NCBI RefSeq assembly: GCF_000143415.4
Contig: NW_003314291.1
Location: 1,841,290-1,905,289, forward strand
Length of the DNA: 64,000 nt
Source of the DNA: Selaginella moellendorffii
Lineage: Eukaryota; Plantae; Lycopodiophyta
Reading direction: 5' to 3'
In this document: positions 24,559-37,100 of the stretch, piece after piece
Numbering within the stretch: position 1 is the stretch's first letter
Layout of the letters: every line of letters begins with the position of its first letter
Notes under the pieces: generated by a model
The model's database searches: none
What the model was told of the DNA's origin: nothing
What the model saw: only the letters and a program-made list of their open reading frames with translations
Position numbers and translations under genes: made by a program

Positions 24559-27079
24559 TACCACAAATATTGCATCGAACCCCTTGCTTGGGGGGAGTCC
24601 CGTGATGAAGTCCATTGTAAGACATTTCCACGGACGATCTGGAATTGGGATGCTTTGTAACAAGCCTTCACTAGCCTTAGTCACGGCTTTGACCTGCTGA
24701 TATGTTGGACATGTCTTTACATAGTCTTGGACATCCTTAACCATATCTGGCCAGCTATACTTCCTCTTGAGTAAACTCATCATTTTGGGCACTCCACCAT
24801 GTCCCGCAAGAGGTTCGTCATGACACTCTTCTAAGGCTACCTTCCTTAGTTCCCCTTTTGGAACATACACCCTCGTTTGTTTATAATAAATGAGTCCATT
24901 GCACTTCATATAACCTGTTTTCTCTTCTGTTGGCAACTCACCTCTTTGGTGAGCTTCCCACACCTCGAGGTTCCTTAGCAACACTTCTTGTGGTAGACCA
25001 TTGTTCTCATATGCTGTCCGCACATAATCCCAAAAGGTTGTTATCATGCTGGATATCACCAACTTCAAGCTCGCTTTTCGATTTAGAGCATCTGCCACGA
25101 TGTTGCTCTTCCTAGCCTTATACAGAATCTCGCAATCAAACTCGGCCAAAGTATTGGCCCACTGACCTTCTTTCCCTCTCAGGTCGGGCTATGACAAGAA
25201 GTGTTTCATTGCCACATTGTCTGTGTAAACCTTGAAGTGTCTCACAAGGTAGTGTCTTCACTCCTTGAGAACCTTGACCACCGCATACAATTCCTTCTTG
25301 TGAGCAAGCCACTTCTGCTAAGCTTTGTCCAACTTCTTTGAGAAGAACACTATTGGATGGTTGTCTTGCTTCAACACTACATCCAACACAAAGTCTGAAG
25401 CATCCATTTCTACCTCAAAGTCCTTACCAAAATCTGGTAATGCCAACATGGGAGCCTTTCTCAACTTCCCTTTGAAGTGGACAAATGCCGCCTCACATTC
25501 CACTCTTCCCTTTTTCTGTTTGGTCCATCAAAGGCAAAGGTACTCTCAAATAATGTTTGATAAACTTTCAATAGTAGTTGCATAGCCCCAAAAATGCCCT
25601 TAACTCATGTACATTCATTGGTCGTTCCCATTTCTGGATTGCTTGGACCTTCTCAGGGTCCATCTTGAGCCCGTCCTTGCCCACCATATGCCCAAGAAAC
25701 TTTACCTCTTGTTGAGCAAAGTCACATTTGCTCTCTTTAGCATACAACTATTGTTCCCTTAGTTTTTCAAACACCTTTGTCAAGTGTTCAGCATACTCCT
25801 CTAGCGTTTCGTTATAGATCAGGATGTCGTTAATATAGACGACCACGAAATGATCCAGATAGGGTGCAAGGATGTGGTTCATTAGCGCCGAAAACATTGT
25901 CGGCATATTGCACAACCCAAAGGGCATCACCAAAAACTTAAAGCTCCCATACTTTGTTCGACATGTTGTCTTCTTGAAATTTTCCTCTGCTACCCTAATT
26001 TGGTAGTATCTTGACCTTAGGTCAATCCTCGAGAAGTATTTTGCCTTTCCCAACCTATCGAACAGGTCCTCAATCTTTGGCAAATGGTATTTGTTCTTCT
26101 TTATATACTTGTTGAGCAACCAGTTGAGCAACGAAGCATTAGCCATCCATCCACAAATTCCTAAATCTCTCCCAATCCCCCTCCCTGAGTTAAACTCGAC
26201 TTAAGGTTTGGCTACACTCCCCAAAGGCACAAGCAGCCAAGCACACCAAGCCTTCAGGTTCTTAACATCCTTTGTTACAACAAAACTTGATCATGGGACC
26301 CTCTAAATCCCAAGCCTTGGGTGTGACACTTGCTTCGGGACGCTGGGGGAATACATTGTGGCCTAACAACCCGGTATGGGTACCTTTACCCCCCCACTTT
26401 CATCCCGAAGGGAAGGCCCAAGCCCCTAGGAAGGGCGAGGACTAATGACCCGCAAGGTACTCAAGTGGGGCATCACTCCATATAAGCTAAGAGCACCGCA
26501 GTCGGTTTCCCTTTCGGGAGTGGGAGTTGCTCTTGAGCACTTCCTTGGGTGGCCCCTCCAGCACCACCCGAGTCCATGCTCACTCCCACCTAAGGCCCCT
26601 TGGCCCTAATCTCAACCTCAAGTCAATTTGGAAGCACCACTGAAGAGTTCCTTCAAGACTAGTTCCTAGACCTCATTATCCCTACTATATTTTTGGAACC
26701 CCTTGCAGCCTTGCCCCCCCCCCCCGGGAGACACATGCTTTGGGCTTTCACCCCTCAACCTATATTAGTACTCCTCGGACTTGATCTAGGACCCGACCTC
26801 GGACTCGGTCTCAGACTCGATTTCGGACCTGACCTCGGACCCGATCTCAGACTCGAACTCAAACTCGACCTCGGACTTAGTCTTGGACCTGATCTCAAAT
26901 CTCAAACTCTGTCTCGAACTCAGTCTTGAACTCGGTCTCAGAGTCGGCCTCGAAGTTGATCTCGTACTCTATCTCGAACTCAGTCTCAAAGTCGGTCTTG
27001 GACTCGATCTCAAACTCAGCCCCATTTGATAAAATTTTTATCATTTCGGTCATGCTTTCAGGGATCCTTTAGCCTACAA
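24559..27079 (-). mobile_element. Second family C gypsy copy, inverted (RT-RH-INT remnant plus LTR); the last ~25 bp of the LTR are displaced to 40153-40177 by the DNA transposon
   Basis: ORFs 25748-26146, 25318-25503 and 24487-25149 parallel the + copy. The LTR at ~26140-27079 is the reverse complement of ~20400-21140, and CACCTTGGGGAGTTGGTTCCTTACA resumes at 40153. Confidence 0.9.
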
Positions 27080-27103
27080 AAGCTCTATTTCATTAAAGTG
27101 GGA
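27080..27103 (+). repeat. Left TIR
   Basis: AAGCTCTATTTCATTAAAGTGGGA. Confidence 0.9.
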
Positions 27104-27739
27104 TTTATTCAGTAAAATGGGACTAGGTACAAATTTTCAAGTATTTGAAAATGACGTGAAATTATATGTTTTTTGTCTAGGGGCTAGACATATCTGGGGC
27201 ATGGTGACTAGCGCGGTGACCTTATGTCCAGATTGAGTCCATCTAGTTGTATAATAAATCTCATTGTCAAGGTGAACAAGCCGAATCTGAAGCTAAAGAA
27301 GAGCGATGGCATGCGCGCACACACTATTTGTTTGTTCATTGAGCGTGTGGTGAGCTTTCCAAGATGAACATCATTCCTATTAGCCAGACATATAACTTAA
27401 TGGTGAGAACATTTAGATATTATTCAATGTTATCTTTTTCTAACGAATCTAATTGTGAAGGTGTAGCAAGAGGCATTGCTAGTCTGGAGAAGTCATTTAA
27501 CTCATTTGACCCTTAGTGTATTTTCATGAAACTAAATAACATTCATATTATTAAGGAATTTCTCTAGTACCTTTTTTTTACGACATAGAGGCTTGCATTT
27601 CTTTCAAAGGTGATTTAGTAAAAGGCCTGAGGGCACATGCCATTCTATTTCTCAGACCGGTATTAAGATATACTAGTGCAAAGGGAAAAAGGTATTTGGT
27701 GATCAAGTAAATGGCATGAGGGCACACGCCATTATAAGC

Positions 27740-27997
27740 CTAAGCGCTAGTGGACACCTCCTTTTTGGTACTCTCAGCAGTACTATCATCCTTCTCCGGG
27801 TCAGTTGTTTTGCTTTGGATTGTTGTCTCTGACGTTACTGGGGCGTTCTCGATAGTTGTTAATGTTGCCGTTTGTTCAGAAAAATGATCACCTGGAGTAT
27901 AGTACGGGGAGTTTGGAAGACTTATATATTCTACATCTTCACCTATCTCCTTCTCCGTCTCCTTTTCTGCCTCACTTACAGATTTTGTGCTTGCCAT
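27740..27997 (-). CDS. Possible small acidic S/T/E-rich ORF (or alternative 3' exon) within the transposon
   Basis: MASTKSVSEAEKETEKE...EVSTSA. Coding-like composition only; no recognised domain. Confidence 0.3.
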   Translation of the reverse strand: MASTKSVSEAEKETEKEIGEDVEYISLPNSPYYTPGDHFSEQTATLTTIENAPVTSETTIQSKTTDPEKDDSTAESTKKEVSTSA

Positions 27998-28285
27998 GAG
28001 AACGCTCTTCACCCTAAAATATGGAGTTCGTTGTGTTATAAAAGGAAACCAACACACACGCTGCAAGGGAATGATGGTACATAAAGCACGTAAGCCCACA
28101 ATATGGGTTTATGTGCCATTAATATGGGCCACACGCCATATTATTAGATTTATGCACGTGTGATTGGTAAATGCATATGTCACATCATCTTTGTTTTACC
28201 TCACACACTATATCAAGCCTCCTCTGATTCAGATTCGGATTGTTCACCTTGAAATAAAATACATTAGAAACTTTGTAAAGGAATA

Positions 28286-31200
28286 TTAATGAATCTCACC
28301 TTGAACCCGAGTTATGAATGCTCTTGCTGCATCTCTTGCATGGTCTGGCAAGGTGATGGTGGCACTCTGCTTCCGCATCCAACCATGCACAACATTATCC
28401 ACCGATATGCTCATGCTGGGATCCCTTGGATTCAGCACCCATCTCTTTTCTAGGCAATCCTTCGTATATCCGGAACTTGGCTTGAACCACTCCACAGTTA
28501 CATTGAAGGACTTAGTTTCCGCGTCCTCCTCTGCATCAGTGATGCAGCGCCCCACCCATATCATTTGTTTTTTATTACTTGGTCTGACAAGCACAACCAT
28601 TCCTTTGCAGACCTGTACTGGATTGAATGCTGAATCCGGCTTCTTGTTCCTCGGCCCACAATAGTGATCCTCAACATCGTTATCTGTCACTGCATTTCCA
28701 GAGGACATTGTTCCGCTACTATCTGGTGCTCTGGGTTCTGGCCAAAAGGACTCTTCCAATTCTTCATATACAACCGGCCCATTTTGGATAGCAGATATAA
28801 TCTTCTCCCAGTATTCGAGCAAAGGCTTGCACCTCTGAAAATAGGATTCTCCACCAAACACCAACCCCCTCTTCCAGAAGGCAATATGCTGTCTAATCCC
28901 GGCCACTATACTTTCCTGGTCTTTGAGTCCATCCGGGTGCATCGGCCGTGGGGAATCCTGAGGAATCATAGGTTCCCCAGTTATGGGATCTCTCTTGAAG
29001 AGTTCAATGCCGTCCACTGGCAGCCACACTGTGTCCCATTCTCTCATCTTGTACCTCATCACTGGAGCACCGTCACACATGCTGAAATGAAACTGAAGAG
29101 GCTTGGAGTGGCCAATCAGCGTTTCGGATCCATCCCTGATGTAGCCTCTTACAAACCCCTTAAAGTCTGGAACCTTTGTCAGAAGTGCAGCTTCAACAGT
29201 GCCTTTGATGCAATTTTGGAATTCATCGTAGAGTTGTGGGAGGGTGAGGACATTGGATCGCCGGAGGGACTCTGCCAGGTGACTGAACATGGCATCGACG
29301 TCTTCATGAGTGTGCCCAACCATGAGAAAGCCAAGTGTAACCATTTCAAATATGCCTTTGGCAACAAGCATCGCCAAGTACGCGAAGATGTACATGTTTT
29401 TGTTCTCACTGCCAGCATTGTCTGTTTGGAGCAGAAGATGGGGTGGAAGGCCACATCGGCCGCAAGAACTTCCTTGAGATTCTGCTTCGTTTGGATGAGG
29501 CTGTGCATTCACCGGGCGACCAGCCTCGTCGGAATGGCATGAGGCCTCACGTGATAACCCTACAATCTGACGGCCAACATATTCACTGGGATGGCATGGG
29601 GCCCCACGCGATACTGCAAGCCTTTGCTCCTCCTCCAGCTGAACCCTGTATGGGGTTCGATCGACAAGGGCCTTATGCAAGGGTTGGCCGTTCAGCTCAG
29701 TCTGCGCACTTTGCAGAGACCTTAAGTGTTTTGCTAGGGACGCAATCATCATGTTTGCACCCCCGCCACCCCATAGAGGTACAAAGAAGTTCCCATAGTT
29801 CTGGGCACCATGCCCATGAGCGATTATGCCAAACAGAGACACAGGCAGCTGCATGGATGAAGAGATTGCCTTGGGGGCAGGATTGAGTCGAGGTAAGCAC
29901 GTCTTTTTCTGGTCCATTTTGTCGTGGATGATGCAGAGGTAAGAGTCAGGTCTCTCCATGGAGAGAATCCTGTTATGATAATATGCAGTCCTGCAGCTTC
30001 TCTGCTCGATGTTGTGGTCGAGCCGCCTTCTAACCAACGTCTCTTGCTCTTGAGCGCTACAAGAATTCTTCGACAAAGCCATTTTGATAGCAGTGCACTC
30101 GTCACACTTTGAAAAGCTGGAGTACTTTCCTATACTCACATCCCTGAACCTGTTGCTCCACAATCTACTAAATCTAGATTGGCTCAGCTTCCTGTAGCCA
30201 TTACTCTGGAGTTCCCGATTCACATCTTCCAATATGGCCCCCTTGGTATACATGGAAGGGAGAACTCGTTGGGTGTCTCGTGTTCCATCTTCCAAGAGGC
30301 GGGTTTTATGTGGTTGCTGCTCGCTACATGTCTCGACAAACCTCTTGAAGATTGCCTCTCCATATACAACATGACCCCTGGTTTTGTGCGTACCGTCGTT
30401 CCCATGGACTGCCTGTTGAACCCTTTGTTCCTCGAACTCAGTTTTGATTCTGTAGAATGTGCTTCGAGGGACTCCATAAATGATTCTCCATGCCTTCATG
30501 CAGACCAAACCCCTCTGGAAGACCATGCCCCCCACCTGATGTTCTGAAGCATCAACAGATGACCGTAATGCCTCATACACAAAATTGCGAGCTGCCTTCC
30601 AGGACAATGTCTTGTATCTTGCTCTCTCCTCTTCAATAGCATCCCAATCAGCATGTTGACAGCACCTCCTCTTGCAACAAGCAACTGTCGAGACCATTCG
30701 AACCTCCATCGCCATTTTCTGCCTTTTCGGTTCGTTGCTCAGATCCCTTTGGCTGCGCTTTAGGAAGGTGTACTTTCTTTTCCCATGAAGAGATGTTCTG
30801 TCATCAGTTGTAGTGGTGTTTGATTGTGAATCCTTCACATTCTCAAACACTAAGTGCCTCAATTTCCACCGCACAATGCTTCCAATAGTCAGACTGTTTT
30901 CTTCTGTGTCAACAACCTCTAAAATCGCAACTCCAATATCATCCTAGCCCAATTCTTGATTAGCAACCGCATCTCTTGGATCGACAACTGTGGCTAAGCC
31001 CTCAGCTACCACCTCCCCCTCGGGGTTGTTTAGAAACACTTTTGCCTGAATCCATGTAGCACGGTTCTTAAGATCCACGGAGGGAACATGCGTCGCACTT
31101 GCGCGGTCCCCAACATCTGCTTTCTTCTGAAGATTTTTCAAGGCAACAACAACATTTACCCCGACGACCATCTCTCCTCGTTCAATAGCGACCACATTCC

Positions 31201-31354
31201 CATCGAAGACAGTCTCTACTGATACAGCAGCATTGCCTTCCCCAAGCCTTTCACAGTGTATAACAAAGTTCCGATCCATAGACACAAGGGTCCCTTTTGC
31301 AACTCTCTTCCCACCATTCAAAATGTAAACCTTTTCCCCAACCCTGAAGGCCAT
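28286..31354 (-). CDS. Sola1/DUF7869-like DDD transposase (~1022 codons), interrupted by one in-frame TAG at 30946-30944
   Basis: Motifs CIIHDKMDQKKTCLP, LQTDNAGSENKN, GFLMVGHTHEDVDAMFS, plus Cys-rich CCKRRC and KCDEC. ORFs 30944-31354 and 28286-30874 share a frame and are separated by the stop plus 23 open codons. Confidence 0.85.
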
Positions 31355-32513
31355 TCTGAAAGTGTAGAAAAGAAGTTAAGACCATACAAAAAATGATTGG
31401 AGAATGGCCTAAATCATAACATACCAAACAACCTCAATAGCATGAGGCCACATGCCATTATTCAAACATGCTATTGACACCCACGTGAAATTTCGCATTC
31501 ACAAAATTGGCATGAGCCCTCATGCCATTAGTGGTACCACTAATGGCATGAGGCCTCACGCTATCTTTGGCCCCTGCTAGCCTGTTGCTATATTCCTTTT
31601 GCCTTGCTGCAACTGTATATATTTTTGTGTGCGTGACTAGTCACCCATACAAAAATATAACAGACCAGGAACCAGGCATACCGAATATCGCCATAACTTA
31701 GTAGCCGCACCAAATAAAATGCCGCCCGCAGCCCGCAACAACTCACATCGCGCTCGCACGACGAGACTGCTCGAGCGACGCTCGTACACATGTCACTCGA
31801 CTACACTAGCGCTGTGAACGCGCTCGCNNNNNNNNNNNNNNNNNNNNNNNNNNNNNNNNNNNNNNNNNNNNNNNNNNNNNNNNNNNNNNNNNNNNNNNNN
31901 NNNNNNNNNNNNNNNNNNNNNNNNNNNNNNNNNNNNNNNNNNNNNNNNNNNNNNNNNNNNNNNNNNNNNNNNNNNNNNNNNNNNNNNNNNNNNNNNNNNN
32001 NNNNNNNNNNNNNNNNNNNNNNNNNNNNNNNNNNNNNNNNNNNNNNNNNNNNNNNNNNNNNNNNNNNNNNNNNNNNNNNNNNNNNNNNNNNNNNNNNNNN
32101 NNNNNNNNNNNNNNNNNNNNNNNNNNNNNNNNNNNNNNNNNNNNNNNNNNNNNNNNNNNNNNNNNNNNNNNNNNNNNNNNNNNNNNNNNNNNNNNNNNNN
32201 NNNNNNNNNNNNNNNNNNNNNNNNNNNNNNNNNNNNNNNNNNNNNNNNNNNNNNNNNNNNNNNNNNNNNNNNNNNNNNNNNNNNNNNNNNNNNNNNNNNN
32301 NNNNNNNNNNNNNNNNNNNNNNNNNNNNNNNNNNNNNNNNNNNNNNNNNNNNNNNNNNNNNNNNNNNNNNNNNNNNNNNNNNNNNNNNNNNNNNNNNNNN
32401 NNNNNNNNNNNNNNNNNNNNNNNNNNNNNNNNNNNNNNNNNNNTCTGCTCGGCATCTGCCTCTTAAGCATTTGCCCAGAAAGGGCATCTTTCTTCACGCA
32501 GCATTTGCCACAT

Positions 32514-32547
32514 GTTTAGGGTTTAGGGTTTAGGGTTTAGGGTTTAG
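32514..32547 (+). repeat. Interstitial plant telomeric repeat (TTTAGGG)x4+
   Basis: GTTTAGGGTTTAGGGTTTAGGGTTTAGGGTTTAG in the transposon intergenic region. Confidence 0.9.
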
Positions 32548-33011
32548 CAATTCAGTAGCTTGATAAACATGCAAATACAGAACTTGATGCAAAATCCTTT
32601 GATATGTCACAATGCCCCTAGGACCATAAACACATTTCAATAGAGAGGGTCCTTTCATTTCATAACTCCTTACGTAGATCTTGGTGAAACCAGAGTTAGT
32701 GAAGTTAGTTTCTTGTGATCCCGCATCTGATTGTGATGTCCCTTTGCAGTTTCGATGGAAAGGTCAATGCACACCAAACTGTGAAATCTTGGAGCAAAAT
32801 AACGGTCGGATCTATGGCAAATGCCCCTGAAACATTGTAAGGCTCGTGTGGTCTCATGTGGTGTCCGATTGAGATGCTTCTTTGCAGGGTCATCAAGAAA
32901 GACATTGTATACCATTCTGTAAAATCTAGTTGCGATCTAACGGTTGGATCTCCAGAAAACTCAAAAAAATTTCGTGCGTGTCATAATATCCTAGGAATAT
33001 ACTCCTATGTG

Positions 33012-33416
33012 CCCCTGAAAATGGCATGCGGCCCCACGCCATTCAAGAGATAATGCCAGATGACGCCGAGAATTTTTTGGTGCATTTTTTGGGTTCAAAA
33101 TTGCATGAGCCCACACGCTATAAAGTTTATCTTTGCCAAATAGAGAAAAGTTTATCTGTGTCATGTGAGGTAGTTACAGTCCTTTGTGCTCGGCATCTGC
33201 CTCTTGCAGCATTTGCACTGAAAGGGAATTTTTCTCCATTCAGCATTTGGCCCTGAAAATGGCATGCGCCCACACGCCATTCAAGGAATAATGCCACAGG
33301 ACGCCTGGATTTTTGGGTTTAAAATGTTTAGGGTTTTTTGGGTTTTTTCAAAATATTTTGGGTCCAACGTTTTTTGGGTTTCTTTGGTTCAAAATTGCAT
33401 GAGCCCACACGCTATA
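33012..33416 (+). repeat. Duplicated ~110-165-bp module, each copy carrying two palindromes, in the divergent promoter region
   Basis: CCCTGAAAATGGCATGCG...GGTTCAAAATTGCATGAGCCCACACGCTATA at ~33012-33122 and ~33251-33416. The segment 33186-33250 also repeats 32444-32509. Confidence 0.8.
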
Positions 33417-34147
33417 ATATTGATTTGAGAGAAAAATAGAAACAGATAGAATTTCTTTATTTAGCTGAACATCTGCCATTTTTGGAAATACAAGATGCTT
33501 TGGAATATCCAATCATGCATGGTATAAATATAGCGAGGGTATTAAATGATATCCCAATCATGATCTTTCTTTTGGATTTCGCGTGCATGCAGTCCGAGGA
33601 ATGATGACGTTGCGGATTTCTTTTGGATTTTGCGTGCTTGCATGCGCGCGGCAATCCAGAAATTAATGGTGGCGCCCAAGTCCGAGGAATGATGACGTGG
33701 CGGGATTACCAACCGTTGTGACATTTCGCGCGTGTGAGGTTAGGTTTTGCATTTTGCTTTGTACTCGCGCTCGCATCACACTCGCGCTCCCACTCGCATC
33801 ACACTCGCGCTCCCGCTCGCATCGCGCTCCCACTCGCGATCACGCTCACTTCTCTACAGGTTTCTCGTGTGCATCGGCGTCCACTCGCGCTTGCATCACA
33901 CTCGCGCTCGCATCGCGCTCGTGTGCATCGGCGTCCACTTCAAGACACACCCAGTTTGTAACTTCGCCGCCAACTCCGCCGCCCACTCCACCACCCACAC
34001 GCAGCCCACTTGGCGTCCCGGGAGATTTCAGCACCACTCTCCAACTGTAAGTGGCAGAGTAGCCTTGCTGCTACGATCCGCTGCACACACAGTGCACATT
34101 TGCCAGCGAGTCCGGCCTCGATTGTCACGGCCTCCATTCGGCTTCAA

Positions 34148-37100
34148 ATGGTAAGTCTTTTAGACGAAGTAGAAAATGGCATGAGGCCACATGCCATTCA
34201 GTAGCAACATTGGCATGCACCGATTGGGCTCTCGAGTGCAGTCCGGTTACAGATGGCGTGTAGCCTCACGCCATCTTAGGATGCAGCCTCAAGACATCTG
34301 ATGCAGTGGTGAATGGCGTGTGGCCTCACGTTATTTCCAGCTGCTAGCTTTTCATCTGTCAGCTCTAATTGTTGTGCATTTTTGAACAGGCGAGGAATTG
34401 CGTTCTTCTTCCAGCCACTGTCAATGTGGATGCAGAGAAGGGGGAGGAGCTCACCAGTTGGACTTTCGGGATGGAAGGCGAGGATCTGATGCTGTACAAC
34501 ACAGATGGTGGGAGAAAAGAATGCATGGGGATCCTCATCCAAGTGACAGACACTCCATGCAGTTCCATGCAAGAATATGGACTGGCACTTGTGGTAGAGA
34601 CAGCGTCCGCCTTCAAGATCCACCTTGCACATCCTAGCGGCTTCCCGGAGGGGGGCAGCGGCTATGAGGAATTCCTAGAGGGAGCTAGGGAGAGGTTGTC
34701 CAGGAGGCCCACAATTTCAAAGACGCTGCGGGTCTATGAAGATCACATGGAATCCACGGACCTCACCTACGGCGATGTTCAAAAACTATATTCCAACATT
34801 GAGCCGTTGAGAGTGCCTCCAGTTTGCGAAGCGAAGGGGAAGGGGGTCGATCTGGAAACTACCCCGAAGCAGAAAAGGGTGGTCAAGCTCAAGCCGACGT
34901 CCGACTCTGCTGCTCCAAAAAAGAAGCTACTCGGTGATGCCATTGCCTCGGGTTTGAACACTACACCCACCAAAAAGAAGAGCCGCAAAGAGCAGAAAGA
35001 GCAAGAAGAGGCAGCAAAAATCGTCGCAGATAATAGTACTTGTTACTATTCCAACAAAGTATATACAATCGACGTGAGCCGTATCGAGATCCAAAGCAAA
35101 TACAACCACAGGCTAGTATCTGATGAGTGGGTGGAGAAACTGAAGCAGAAGATGCTGGCAAGTCCAGTAACACCCGACATCGCAGACGTGATCCCCTACT
35201 ACCGAACAATGAAGGGCGAGACGAGGTTTCCAGACTTGATCAATAGGAAGGTGTTGGACGATCAGAACATCCGGTTCTATGCCGTCTCTGGGCAGCATTC
35301 TAGCTTGGCGATGCAAGAGATAGTTGTGGATATTATGGTGGGCGAGGAGGTGAAGAAAGTCTTCAAGACAAGAGTTGTCCGCCTGATAAAAGGCAACTCG
35401 CCCCTCCGATCTATCATATACATCTCCCACGCGCAGAATGTCAAGCAAGAAACGTGCTACAAATCGGGTCTGCACGAGACATTGGCACGAACACGGAAGC
35501 TCTGGGTTCAACTAAAGAAGCCACAAAAACCAGGACAAGGACGTGCACTAGCAACTAACGCCTGGCAGGTAAGCCTCGTTGTATGTGGCATAGCATGTGG
35601 CCTCACGCCATTTCCATTGCAGGAATTCTCGAGTCTTCTCTCGAAAACACTGGGGGTCAATGACACACTCAGCATCCATAACATTCTACTCGCGACAAAA
35701 GTTGTTTTTGACAAATGGGTAGATGTGCTAAGGAGGTACCATGACGGGGAGTTGCTAAACTCAATGGGTGTGGAGGACGGCCGGAAGCCCAATGATTTGA
35801 AGCTCAACGCCTTGCGTTTCTCGCGGTCTCTAGACGACGACGACCTTCTGACAGTGGCTAATGCTCTTCTACTTGGTGAGGTAGTCTTCAACAAGACCAA
35901 AATGACTCCCGGCCATATTGTGACATACGAGGACTTGTGCACGACTCTGAGAGCTCGTGCGCTATTGAAGGATTGGATCTTCGAGCAAGTGGCCGTGGCG
36001 AGGGTGAGCATCGACACCACGCAAGAGATGATGGAAGAGCTGGACTTGTCAAATGAAGACATCGACGAGTACGTGAAGGGGGCCCCCAAGTTCATCGATC
36101 TGCTGTGGGATGCCACGAAAAGTAAAGCTGAGAAGTTGGATCAGTATCCAAATTTCATTAAGAGGGATGTCGACCGCCGGCTTCAGAAACAGCTCGACCC
36201 CGCAGCAGAGGCCTATCGAGAACCTTACCGGGTATACGTGAATTCGGATGAGGATCAAAGGTGGAGGAGCATCGTTTCCCGCGGAGATGAGCAGGTCAAG
36301 AACATCTTTTGTGTGATGGACTTCACAAACGAGGAGATCACTCATGCAGACGAAGTCAGCTCCATCATTGACTTAATGGTGGGACTTGCGGAGGTGGAAT
36401 CTTCAGTCCACTATATGATCTACGACTCCGAATCCTATCACAAGTTCTGGAAGGCCTTGAACGAGGTGAAGGCTCGGTTGAAAGGCAAGGAGATGCGGGA
36501 GATCCATGGGATAATGGCTAAGAAGAAGATACCGACGAATGTCCGCATCTTCACAGTCGCCCTTGTTATTGGTCCTGCAGCAGAGTGGGACTGGAGTGAC
36601 TTCCCAGCTTCGTTCAACAAAGCCGATCGAATTGATCTGAGGGAGGTCAATTTACTCGTGCCTGAGGAACTGAAGACGGCTATGGAGCTTTCGAATCCAA
36701 AGAAAGCTCCAGGTGCAGCATGGGAAATGCTCAGCTGGGTCTTCAACGCAATAGCGGGTGACTCCAAGGGCAAATGCGTTGTCGAGTACAACTGCGGCGG
36801 ACTATTCTTTCGAGCCGCACTACTCAAGGGTGTCCCGTGTGTTGCGGTGACAAACTCCATTGAAGAGGTGACTTCAATGGAGCATATAATTACAGTTGCC
36901 AAAGAAAAACAGTATCTTCTCTACGAACCTGGTGAGTACGCACTTTAAGTTTAAATGTTATCTCACAAGCTCTGTATGCAGGAGCGTGGCCACCCCCAGA
37001 TGCTGAAACGGCGTTAACAGCTACTGATGTTAGGCCGAGGTCACAACCTGCACAAGGTAAGGTCACGTGAGGCCTCACGCCATTTTGATTATAGATTGTT

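Noticed and set aside
28314-30547. Plus-strand ORFs (e.g. 28664-29542, 292 aa) and minus-strand ORFs over 35113-36902
   Set aside because: Antisense shadows of the transposase and cargo genes, with no recognisable motifs.
31790-32533. ORFs of 228-247 aa (also 20236-20824)
   Set aside because: They span N assembly gaps and are artefacts.
32514-32547. True chromosome end
   Set aside because: Only ~5 units, internal to a TIR-bounded element.
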